A stretch of 63,975 bases of DNA, filler included, from Acidimicrobiia bacterium (GCA_041619515.1; 3 parts of 3 records of this genome joined end to end with filler, not necessarily neighbours in it); one strand, 5' to 3'. Counted from the first letter of the whole stretch, positions 22,278-31,373 are shown. Translations and numbers: made by a program. The notes: generated by a model from the letters alone, not told the origin.

Positions 22278-23413
22278 CGAAGCGTTTTCGGAGCTTACGC
22301 ACCCGACTGTTCGCTTCCCACATCGCGGTGGTCCTCGTCGGGCTCGTCACGATGCTCGTGATGGGAAACCGCCTCGCACCCACCTTCGTTGACGAACATA
22401 TTCGAGCGATGGAGTCAACAATGGGTGGCTCCATGGGTCATAGCGTCGCCGTCGACCTCGAGACCGGCGTTCTCGGCGGGTTCAACCGGGCGCTCCTGGT
22501 AGCGGGAGCAGCCAGCACAGTAACGGCGCTGCTGGTTGCAGCCTTTGCGTCTGGTCGTGTGTTGCGACCATTGGAAGCCGTCGGGCGTGCCACCCGGAGG
22601 CTCGCCGGCGGCTCCTACGCGGAGCGTGTGTCCATTCCCGATGAAAGCGAACTCGCCGACCTGGCCGAAGACGTCAACCAGCTGGCCGCAGCCCTTCAGG
22701 ACACCGAGCAGCGGCGGATTCAACTGATATCGGAGCTCGCACACGAACTCCGGACCCCTCTGGCCACCATCAAGGGCTACATGGAAGGCCTCACCGATGG
22801 TGTCTTCGAACCAACCGAAGAGATCTTCGCGGCTGCCGGCCGCGAAGCCACCCGACTCGAACGACTGGCCAACGATCTGAGCACACTGTCCCGTTTCGAG
22901 GGGGGCCCCCTCGACCTACGACCCGCACCGGCAGACCTGGGAGCGATCGCCCGTGAGGTCGCAGCCCACCTGGAGCCTCAATTCCGCGACAAGGATGTCG
23001 AGCTCGTGATCGCCGACCAACCTCCAATCCCGGTCGTGGTAGACCCCGATCGGATCGCCCAGGTGTTCACCAACATCCTCGGCAACGCCCTGAGCTATAC
23101 AGCGTCAGGTGGCCGGGTCGAACTCAGCGCAGGAACCGACAACGCAACTGCCTGGGTGACGGTCTCCGACACCGGCAAGGGAATCGATCCGTCACAGCTC
23201 GAAGCGGTGTTTGACCGGTTCTTTCGTGGTGAACGGTCCAGCCCCGGCGGAACCGGCATCGGCCTGACCATTGCCCGCCGAATCGCCCGCCTCCACGGCG
23301 GGGACGTCACTGCCCACTCCGATGGCACCGGCACCGGATCGTCCTTCAAGATCAGTCTCCCGGTCGCCTCCCTCACCCGAGGGAACGAGCCCGGCGAGAA
23401 CATCGCACCGTAA
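22274..23413 (+). CDS. HAMP sensor histidine kinase (CopS/BaeS-like)
   Basis: Two TMs flanking HIRAMESTMGGSMGH; AHELRTPL, NILGNA, DTGKGI, GTGIGL. Confidence 0.95.
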   Translation: MTKRFRSLRTRLFASHIAVVLVGLVTMLVMGNRLAPTFVDEHIRAMESTMGGSMGHSVAVDLETGVLGGFNRALLVAGAASTVTALLVAAFASGRVLRPLEAVGRATRRLAGGSYAERVSIPDESELADLAEDVNQLAAALQDTEQRRIQLISELAHELRTPLATIKGYMEGLTDGVFEPTEEIFAAAGREATRLERLANDLSTLSRFEGGPLDLRPAPADLGAIAREVAAHLEPQFRDKDVELVIADQPPIPVVVDPDRIAQVFTNILGNALSYTASGGRVELSAGTDNATAWVTVSDTGKGIDPSQLEAVFDRFFRGERSSPGGTGIGLTIARRIARLHGGDVTAHSDGTGTGSSFKISLPVASLTRGNEPGENIAP

Positions 23414-23519
23414 CGGCGCCATCCACTCCCACGGCTCCAGACCCCTCGCGATAGCTGACCATTCAGGTCCGACGGACCCTTTGGCCGCCAAACACCACAA
23501 CCCGGGCGGAATCACCGAC

Positions 23520-23538
23520 CTCATAACCCGAAGGCCGC
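23520..23538 (+). repeat. Second tRNA-fMet anticodon-arm fragment
   Basis: CTCATAACCCGAAGGCCGC, 18/19 identical to 15506-15524. Confidence 0.6.
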
Positions 23539-23640
23539 CTCGAGCTTGGAGACCAACAGGCCATATTTCGCCCCGCTACGAATCGAGAAGGAACGCAATC
23601 GCAGCGTCGGCGATCGAAAAGCTATCGGTGGAGGTTCGCT

Positions 23641-24999
23641 CTAGGGTCCTGCCGCTATTTCGGCAACCGGCCCGAAGATGAACTCGACTCGACGGTTTTG
23701 TCGGCGACCCTCGACGGTGTCGTTGCTTGCGGAAGGCCGCAGCTCTCCGAATCCGAGCGCTTTCAGCCGCTCGGGTGCGATCCCGCTCGCGATGAGGTAG
23801 TCGACGGCCGCTTGTGCCCTGGCTTCGCTCAGCCCCTGGTTGAATCCCTCTGCGCCGACCGAGTCGGTGTGACCTTCCACCCGGGTACCGAGCGAAAAAT
23901 CGCGGGAGAGCACCGCCACCCCGATGTCCAGTACCTGTCTCAATTCGGGTGTCAATTCAGCACTGCCAAACGCAAACGAGGCGCCTCCCCGAAACGCACC
24001 GGAGGTGACGCCGTCGACGACTTGAAACTCGTAGGCAGGGAACGGCTGCAAGAGTTGGAACACCCCCGGCATAGTGAACATCCAGAAGGACGTGTAGAGG
24101 TCCTCGCCGAGGTCGAGCTCATTGACGACTGCAGACTCGCCATAGGTCGCGACCGCAGCCCCCACGAGGAGCTGGCGAATATCCTCGCTCGGAAGCGTCC
24201 CAGTGAGTGTGAGGATGCCATCGTCCATTCGGGCCTTGAACACCGGTGGCGTGAGGTTGGTAATGGCAACGTTGTTCTCGATGTCGTCAATGCCGAACGC
24301 CTGAGAGACTGCGCCCTCGAATAGGGCGAGATACTCCCCATTCGGCGAGCGGCCGGTGAGCTCCACCCTGTCGCCTTCCACCCGAATCGTCCCGTCGGTG
24401 ATCATCGGCAAAAGACTCAGCCCGAACCGGGCTCCGGCGAGCCATGGCGGAGCCGAGACGTCCTCCGAAACGATGAGGTCGGATTCGACAAACGGGGCGT
24501 ATGCAATATTGGCGGCAGCCAGCAGCTCATCGGCGATTTCCTGGCTAGGCACGACACCGGACAGCAGAAAATCCGGTCCATCGAGCGTCGCCACCAAGCT
24601 CGCCTGCGGGGCCGCCTGGGGAAGCGAGGTGGTGGTTGTGGAGGGAGGTGGCGTCGTAGTTGTCTGGTCCGCTCCCGGCACCGTGGTAGCCGTCGGATTA
24701 TCGGGCGAGGCTTGGCCCGCTTGGACACTCTCAAAGTCGACCCGGCGCACACCTTCGAGCGAACCCACCACCGCCAGCACCGTCTCGGCCGGCACGGTGC
24801 CGACATCCTCCACGATGATGTCGCGGCCCTCCACCCGGAGCTGTACATCGACAATCCCGACCGTCTCCAGGGCCAGGGCAGCTCGCTCCTCGATGTCGGA
24901 TTCGAACCGTTGGACGGCCCATACCGCCGCGACGCCCATCCATGCGACCGCCACCACTATTCCGATTGTCGTACGAGTGCGGATTGACATGAATGTCAC
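23641..24999 (-). CDS. Membrane-anchored BON-like + OmpA-like peptidoglycan-binding protein (ArfA/Rv0899-like)
   Basis: N-terminal TM, repeated LxGxxPS BON-like units, VEGHTDSVG...NQGLSEARA...NRRVEF. Confidence 0.85.
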   Translation of the reverse strand: MTFMSIRTRTTIGIVVAVAWMGVAAVWAVQRFESDIEERAALALETVGIVDVQLRVEGRDIIVEDVGTVPAETVLAVVGSLEGVRRVDFESVQAGQASPDNPTATTVPGADQTTTTPPPSTTTTSLPQAAPQASLVATLDGPDFLLSGVVPSQEIADELLAAANIAYAPFVESDLIVSEDVSAPPWLAGARFGLSLLPMITDGTIRVEGDRVELTGRSPNGEYLALFEGAVSQAFGIDDIENNVAITNLTPPVFKARMDDGILTLTGTLPSEDIRQLLVGAAVATYGESAVVNELDLGEDLYTSFWMFTMPGVFQLLQPFPAYEFQVVDGVTSGAFRGGASFAFGSAELTPELRQVLDIGVAVLSRDFSLGTRVEGHTDSVGAEGFNQGLSEARAQAAVDYLIASGIAPERLKALGFGELRPSASNDTVEGRRQNRRVEFIFGPVAEIAAGP

Positions 25000-25064
25000 C
25001 CCCCTGTCTTCCCTTCGGGCAACGCTACTTGAAGCGGCTGGCTACCGGCCGTGAGCTCGTGCCG

Positions 25065-26114
25065 TCACCTCCAGATCAAGTAGGCAACTACCCCCGCATG
25101 ATCCGAGGGCCAAAGCCCGCTCGGTGTCTTCTGCCACCATCGATCGCCGACGGTGCCGGCGAGCACGAACCGGGGATTCACGCCCTTGCCGAGCCAAATC
25201 TGATCGATGCGCTGGTCGAGCTTCGATTTCTCGTTGTCGAGCTGTTCGTCCTGGCAGCAGGTGAAGCCGGGCCGGTGGCGGAACAGCTGGTCGTTCCACG
25301 CATCTGCAAGCCCGGCCCCTTTGATGATGTCGTACGCCGTGGTACCCGGCTCGGCGTTGAAGTCGCCGAGCAAGACCGTCGGGTGCTCACTCTTGGCCAA
25401 GACCTCGTTGACGAGCTCCTCGGCTTGAGGAATCTGGCACGGCACCGGGGCACTCTCGACCAGACAGATGCCTTCGAAGGTTGTGAAGTCGGGCTCGACC
25501 TCGAGATGCGTGTTGACAAACGTGAATTGCGCGCCGCCCACCTTGGCGTCCACCGAGGTCCAGCCGCGGGTGAACTCGATGCCAAATCCTGGGACGGCGA
25601 AATTGACCCGGTAGTTGCCGCTCCTGGCATTGGACGTGCTGGTGGTTCGAGACCGGGCCAGGATGACGTCCCGGTCGGTGAGGTTGCCGAAGACCGTGAA
25701 GCTGTCATCGAGCGGAAGCGAAACCTCGGCGTTCACAACCTCGGAGGCAACCACGTACTTCTCGCCCCGTGCTTCAAGTGCGTCGAGCAGGATGTCGAGA
25801 TAGTCGAGTTGTGGCTGGCCCGGGACAGGCGTCCCGTCTGCAAAGGTCACGCTGAGGTCGGACACTTCCTGCAGTCCGATCACGTCGGGATTGCGCCGAT
25901 CGATCTCGGCGGCAATGGCCTGCGCGCGCTCGGGGAAGTTGGTCTTGACGATTGTCGGGAGGATGAGACCCGGATTGAGGCTCCCGAGATCGGCGCCGAC
26001 GTAGAGGTTGTAGGTCATGGTCGTCAATACCGAGAACCGATGTGACGCTCCTGCCGGTGCAGCCAGTCCCGCCACTAAGAGCCCTGTCACGAAAAGAACT
26101 GTGAACCTACGCAT
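25065..26114 (-). CDS. Secreted endonuclease/exonuclease/phosphatase-family protein
   Basis: Signal peptide; MTYNL, DVIGLQEV, NTHLE, LGDFNA, RIDQI, PSDHAGV. Confidence 0.9.
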   Translation of the reverse strand: MRRFTVLFVTGLLVAGLAAPAGASHRFSVLTTMTYNLYVGADLGSLNPGLILPTIVKTNFPERAQAIAAEIDRRNPDVIGLQEVSDLSVTFADGTPVPGQPQLDYLDILLDALEARGEKYVVASEVVNAEVSLPLDDSFTVFGNLTDRDVILARSRTTSTSNARSGNYRVNFAVPGFGIEFTRGWTSVDAKVGGAQFTFVNTHLEVEPDFTTFEGICLVESAPVPCQIPQAEELVNEVLAKSEHPTVLLGDFNAEPGTTAYDIIKGAGLADAWNDQLFRHRPGFTCCQDEQLDNEKSKLDQRIDQIWLGKGVNPRFVLAGTVGDRWWQKTPSGLWPSDHAGVVAYLIWR

Positions 26115-26248
26115 GTCATCCCCCTCATCGGAACTGTGACTAATCGGTGGCCGAATTTACCACTTTCGGTGGCAACACGCAAAGTGGTAATCCGCTCGGC
26201 GCTTCAGCTCAAGCCTGCCCAGGGGTGAATTGCGGCATCGGGACCCCC

Positions 26249-27169
26249 TCAGGTTTGGCTCTCGCTGGTCGGTTGCCGAATCGCGATAACGACGAACTCG
26301 GCAGGTTTGAGCGGGGCGAAGCCGAGGACAATGTTCACGACTCCCTGGTCGATGTCTGCTTGCGTCGTGGTCTCGCGGCCGACCTTCACGAAATACGCCT
26401 CTCGCTGTGTGGTGCCCTGGAAGGCCCCCTGCCGGAACAGGGTGTCCATGAAGGTGCCGATGCTCAACCGGAGCTGTGACCAGAGCGGCTCGTCGTTCGG
26501 CTCGAAGACCGCACACTTGATGCCCCGGTAGATGCTCTCCTCGATGAAGAGGGCAGTCCGGCGAACGGGCACATACTTGTACTCGTCGGCCAGTTCATCG
26601 GCACCCCGCAGCGTGCGAGCTCCCCACACCACCGGTCCGGCCGATGGCAGGATGCGAACCGAGTTGGCGCCTCGCCTGTTGAGGCCGTCGTTCTCCGCAT
26701 CGGTGAGCAGATACGCCAGGTCCCGAACGCCGATCATCGTGGCCTCGACTCCGGCCGGCGCCTTCCACACGCCCCGGCGAGCGTCCGTCCGGGCGTACAC
26801 GCCTGCGATGGTCCCGCTGGGCGGCACGGCACGTGTCTGGCCGGGCCGCAGGGGGTCTGTGATCACCAGCCACGGCCAGTAGACGGCGGCGTAATTGGAC
26901 TTGGGAAGATCGGTACCGTTGATCAGCGTTTCCAGAACCACCGGGGTGTCGGTTGTCACCGGAGGGTCCACGACCAGGAACGCCCGTCGCTTCTCGCAAA
27001 GGGCGGCCGCTTCCGCCAAGACCGTCGGATCAGAGACCCCGGGCACGCACAGCACATTGAAGAGGTCCACACCGTCCAGCGCGGCGAGACGGCCGGTCGG
27101 GCCGCTCGTGTGACCGGCGGCCCCACCGTCCTCCATGCCACGCCAAAACCCGTCGTCAAATCCGTGCAC
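26249..27169 (-). CDS. Contractile tail-sheath protein, C-terminal core only (eCIS-type)
   Basis: YAAVYWPWL, PPSGTIAGVYARTDARRGVWKAPAG, VWGARTL, KYVPVRR, VFEPND, GFAPLKPAEFV; in-frame TGA immediately upstream of the GTG. Confidence 0.9.
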   Translation of the reverse strand: MHGFDDGFWRGMEDGGAAGHTSGPTGRLAALDGVDLFNVLCVPGVSDPTVLAEAAALCEKRRAFLVVDPPVTTDTPVVLETLINGTDLPKSNYAAVYWPWLVITDPLRPGQTRAVPPSGTIAGVYARTDARRGVWKAPAGVEATMIGVRDLAYLLTDAENDGLNRRGANSVRILPSAGPVVWGARTLRGADELADEYKYVPVRRTALFIEESIYRGIKCAVFEPNDEPLWSQLRLSIGTFMDTLFRQGAFQGTTQREAYFVKVGRETTTQADIDQGVVNIVLGFAPLKPAEFVVIAIRQPTSESQT

Positions 27170-27198
27170 TCACGGCCGGTGGGACGGTGCGCAACGAG

Positions 27199-27726
27199 CT
27201 ACGAAGTGCCGCCACAGACCCAGGCATTGGGCGGGAACCCGGTATACCCGAAATCGAAGAGAGAAACACCGAGGAGGAGGGAGCCGTTGAGGGCCAGGCA
27301 CTTGGCATCGGCTGCGGCCGAGTCGTCGGCGACGACCAATGCGAGGCCCGAGCCCGACGCCAGTCCGCAATTTCCGTCTGTGGTGTTGGAGGCTTGAATG
27401 TTGCTCGGCGTATCCACCGGGCCCGCGTACAGAAGATCTTGTTTCGAATCGGAAACATTCTCGTAGCAGCCAGGGGCCGGACCGACCGGCTCGGCGATGC
27501 AGTCCTCGCCGAAGACGAACCCATCCATGCCGGGAACCGGGTCACCAATCAACCCGTCGCCGTGGTTCTGATGGGCGGCAACGGCGTTGTCCGAAACCTC
27601 GATGGCATGGACGGCGCCGTTGCCCGTCTGATGGCACACCACCGTCTTGGAAGCCTCGGCCCCGGCCGGCACCGCCGCAGTCAACACCAGCAGCACCGCC
27701 ACGACCGAAGCAGTAGAGATTCTCAT
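27199..27726 (-). CDS. Secreted hypothetical protein with CH...HxxHGD motif
   Basis: Signal peptide; KTVVCHQTGNG...AVAAHQNHGD; six Cys in total. Confidence 0.75.
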   Translation of the reverse strand: MRISTASVVAVLLVLTAAVPAGAEASKTVVCHQTGNGAVHAIEVSDNAVAAHQNHGDGLIGDPVPGMDGFVFGEDCIAEPVGPAPGCYENVSDSKQDLLYAGPVDTPSNIQASNTTDGNCGLASGSGLALVVADDSAAADAKCLALNGSLLLGVSLFDFGYTGFPPNAWVCGGTS

Positions 27727-27826
27727 GACACCCGACCCCTTTCCATGTTCATCCAGACGGCATGCTAGCCCTGGAAGAAAGCGGAAATCAAGATGGGCTC
27801 GGCAGCCGTGCCGCAGGCGTGTGCGG

Positions 27827-28243
27827 TCAGCCTGTCTCGCCGGCGCCGGCCGGCCGCTCGCTCGTGCCCAGGAGGTTCGCCACCTGTCCGACGAGGGTGG
27901 CGATCCGGAACGGTTTCTCGACGAACAGGTTGGCGCCTCGCCTCAGTGCCGCCGCCTCCCAATCGGATTGGCCGTGAGCGGTGACGATGATGACCGGCAC
28001 GCCGGCCGCATCGTCGATCGATCGGAGCTCGGCAAGGATGTCCCAGCCGCTGACGCCCGGCAAGGCAATATCGAGCAACACGAGATCGGGTTGCACATCG
28101 CGAAAGCGTGCCAGGGCATCCCGCCCATCGGTGACGCCGACAACGACGACATCGAGCGGCTTGAGCGCCTCGCCGACGAGCGCCTGGATGCTCGGGTCGT
28201 CCTCGACGAGCAGCACCTTGTGTATGCGCCGTGGAGAGGTCAT
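27827..28243 (-). CDS. Stand-alone CheY-like receiver-domain response regulator
   Basis: VLLVEDD, LVLLDIALPG, IIVTA, EKPF; ATGA overlap with the upstream gene; no output domain. Confidence 0.92.
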   Translation of the reverse strand: MTSPRRIHKVLLVEDDPSIQALVGEALKPLDVVVVGVTDGRDALARFRDVQPDLVLLDIALPGVSGWDILAELRSIDDAAGVPVIIVTAHGQSDWEAAALRRGANLFVEKPFRIATLVGQVANLLGTSERPAGAGETG

Positions 28244-30253
28244 TGGCCGTCCACCCTCTTGAGCCGGCGGGCGTAGTCTCGCTGCGGCCCCGAAACGGCC
28301 CGGTATTGCACGACCGCGCCGGGCTCGAACCACCCGTGCTGGCCCCGGCGGAGAGCCGTGCTGTGGACGAAGACGTCCTTGCCGTTGTCGTCTGGTCGGA
28401 TGAAGCCGAAGCCCCGTTCGGCGTCCCACCGCACGACGGTCCCGGTGTGCGAACGGCCTCCTTTGAGCAGTGGAAACAGGCTCACCCTGCCGACCGTGGC
28501 GAGCAGCAGGAGGAGCGTTGTGATCACCAGCATCGGGATGCGAAGCGCCCCGGTCGTGAAGGCGGCCGCCCGGCCCATGATCACGAGCGTTCGTTTGACG
28601 ACGGGCCGGGTATCGCCCTCGACGAACGCCCCGCCGTCCGCAAAGCCGGCGCCTTGCTGTACGAGGAGATCGCGTCGCGTCAGCGCGCCCGGGTCTGTGA
28701 CCCGAACGACGAACTGAATTTCCGCGCCAAGGCCGGACTCGTCTGTGACGACCGCCGAGACGGGATAGCTGCCTGGGCTCGGGCGAACGGAGCCCGCCCA
28801 GCCGATGATGCCGGTGATGGGATCGATCTCCAACCCGGTCGGTGGCCTGCCGGCAAAGCTGTAGCGGAGCGGACCGGCCGGTTGATCGGGGTCGAAAGCG
28901 GTCAGCTGCACGACCCATCCCTCTCCCGAGGTGAACGCCTGGTCGGCGACGGGAACCAGCACCGGCGCCAGGTTGACCTCGGCAACCGCCACCTGGAACG
29001 CAGTGGTGGCGGTGGAACCACCTGCCGCAACCCCGACCACCACTTCGAACACAGCGGGGCCCTGGTTCTCGGCGGGCGTCCAGCTGAACACTCCGGTCGT
29101 CGGGTTGATGCTCGCCCCGGGCGGGCCGGTGAGGAGGTGGAAGACGGGTGGATCATCGGTGTTGCGGGCGACCACGCTGACACTGAGAGGCGTGAGCTCG
29201 TCGACATGGTGCAGTGCAATCGGCGCAATCTCCAGTGATGGAGGAATCGGAGCCGGCGGAAGGGGGGCGCTGGGCTGGAGGACCACAACGGAGAAGCTGG
29301 CGGGGACGGTAGAGGATGCGTCGCTCACCAACAGGGTGACGGTGTGGGTCCCGATCTGCTCCGGGCCCGGAGTCCAGCCGAACACTCCGCCGGCGCCGAG
29401 TACAGCGCCAGCCGGAGAGCCTGAACCGAGGGCGAAGACCAGTGACGCTGGGGGCGTGTCGACGTCGGTGACGGCTACCGAGAACCCCAGCGATGCGCCG
29501 TATTCGAGGACCCTGTCCCCCACCGGTGCGACGACCGGGGCGTCGTCGACAGGGTCGACCGTCACCGTTACCGTGGCGGATGCCCGGCCACCCAGCCCGT
29601 CCCCGACCGCATAGGAGAACGAGTCGGGCCCGGCAAAGTCCGGAGCTGGAACGTACCGCAGGCCGGCCCCCTCACGGACGATCGTCCCAGCCATCGCCGA
29701 CAGCGCATCGTGTGACACAATCGTCAGCGTGTCACCGTCGGCGTCCGAGTCGTTGGCGAGCACCGCGACGAGAGCCCCGGGCCCGTCTTCGACGGCGACT
29801 GCAGAGTCGGCGATGGCAACCGGCAGCCGGTTGTTGTCGACGATGATCCACGTGAACGAGTCGGTGGCGTCCAGGCGGGGTGTGCCCTCGTCGGTGACGG
29901 TGACGGCCACCGTATAGGGAGAGTCGGCGGCCGCGGAGAAGGAAACGGTGCCGCTGATGAGACCCGATGCAGGGTGGATGCTCAGGCCGGGGGGCAGTCC
30001 CGTAGCCGCGAAACCGAGGGCCTGGCCAGGAAGGTCGGGATCTCGGGCCCGAACTGAAAAGCTGATGCCGGCTCCCTCTCCATCGCTGCGATCGAGCAGG
30101 TCCTCGTCGAAAACCGGTGCCTGGTTGGTTTCGGCGACGGTGACGGTGACGGTCTCAGAATCGGTCAGGTTGGGCGTGCCATCATCGGTCACCACCACAT
30201 CAAAGGAATACACCCCCGGCCCCTGCCCCTCATCCGGAGTCCACGTGAACACA
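28240..30253 (-). CDS. Ig/cadherin-repeat surface protein with TM helix and C-terminal cold-shock domain (5' end cut by contig edge)
   Basis: He_PIG-like GLPPGLSIHPASGLISGT, Big_9-like VLANDSDADGD...DSFSYAVGDG, TM IPMLVITTLLLLLATVG, CSD GTVVRWDAERGFGFI...DVFVHS. Confidence 0.88.
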
Positions 30254-30353
30254 NNNNNNNNNNNNNNNNNNNNNNNNNNNNNNNNNNNNNNNNNNNNTTA
30301 ATTAATTAANNNNNNNNNNNNNNNNNNNNNNNNNNNNNNNNNNNNNNNNNNNN
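30254..30353. other. Artificial contig linker
   Basis: N-run + TTAATTAATTAA (stops in all frames) + N-run. Confidence 0.98.
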
Positions 30354-30725
30354 GAGGGGGAATCCGACGACGGTGCCGACGGCCACGCCGGTTCCCTTCA
30401 GGCGGGCGGCTGCGTGCTTGACCCACGAGGGGTTGATCATGACCGAGGCGAAGTTGTACTCGACCGCCTCGTCACAGATCTGGTCGATTTGGGCTTGTGT
30501 GGCTTCCGGTTTGAGAAGGGTGTGATCGATGTACCGGTGGAGGTCGGCCGGCACTTCTGCGGCCGGCCCCGAGAAAGTGACGCGACTGGCACCGTTGGCA
30601 ACGATCGCTCTGACCTTTTCGGATGAATGGACCGCGCAGTCGTCGCCGGTGCACTCCTCCTCGGCGGCGAGGAAGGCGATGACCTCCCGAGTGACCGCCT
30701 CGATGAGGGCGTCGCGGTCGGTCAT
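30354..30725 (-). CDS. deoC: Deoxyribose-phosphate aldolase, N-terminal part, with N-terminal extension
   Basis: [33 protein letters not shown] overlap with rpiB. Confidence 0.9.
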
Positions 30726-31303
30726 GAACTGCTCCGATAGCTGCGCTCGATGGCTGTGATCTTGTCCACTCGGCGGGCGTGTCGCCCCTCTCCCCACGGG
30801 GTCGCCAGCCACGCTTCGACAATCTGCCAGGCGAGCGCTTCGCCGATCAGACCGGCTCCGAGGGTGAGCACGTTGGCGTGGTTGTGCTCGCGGCTGTTGC
30901 GGGCGGAAGAGATGTCGTAGCTGAGGGCCGCCCGCACGCCGGGTACTTTGTTGGCAACCATGGCGGAGCCGATGCCGGCACCGTCGACGACGATGCCTGC
31001 GGTGCAGACGCCGTCGGCCACCAGCCGGGCAACTGCATGGGCGTAGTCGGGGTAGTCGACCGACTCGGGGGTGTGAGTCCCGCAATCGTGAACCGTGAAG
31101 CCGGCCTGCTTCAGCTTGAAGCCGATGCGCTCCTTGAGGGCGTACCCGCCGTGGTCCGCTCCAATGGCGATGTCGGCCGGGTCGAGCCGCCCGGCCGAAG
31201 CCGTCGTCGGAATAGGTGAAGCCGCCGGTGGCGGTGTTGCATCCGGATTGAGGCCGTCAACAACCCGTGCCACTACCTCTCGGATTTCCTGCTCGGTCGC
31301 CAT
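30722..31303 (-). CDS. rpiB: Ribose-5-phosphate isomerase B with N-terminal extension
   Basis: [51 protein letters not shown]. Confidence 0.92.
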   Translation of the reverse strand: MATEQEIREVVARVVDGLNPDATPPPAASPIPTTASAGRLDPADIAIGADHGGYALKERIGFKLKQAGFTVHDCGTHTPESVDYPDYAHAVARLVADGVCTAGIVVDGAGIGSAMVANKVPGVRAALSYDISSARNSREHNHANVLTLGAGLIGEALAWQIVEAWLATPWGEGRHARRVDKITAIERSYRSSS

Positions 31304-31373
31304 TGCCCGTCCTCGTTCTCGGGTCGAATCCTAGAAGGCCCGCAGCCGGCTGTGACCACTGCATGATCCGTGG

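Noticed and set aside
23641..24999. Outer-membrane porin
   Set aside because: Only the peptidoglycan-binding OmpA C-domain is present; no beta-barrel
26249..27726. Readthrough fusion of the secreted protein to the sheath, or a prophage
   Set aside because: The two ORFs are in different frames with stops between them; no other phage structural or integrase genes
30254..30353. TTAATTAATTAA as a biological site, and linkage of the Ig-CSD gene to deoC/rpiB
   Set aside because: Artificial linker flanked by Ns and repeated at 60003-60102; the flanks are different contigs
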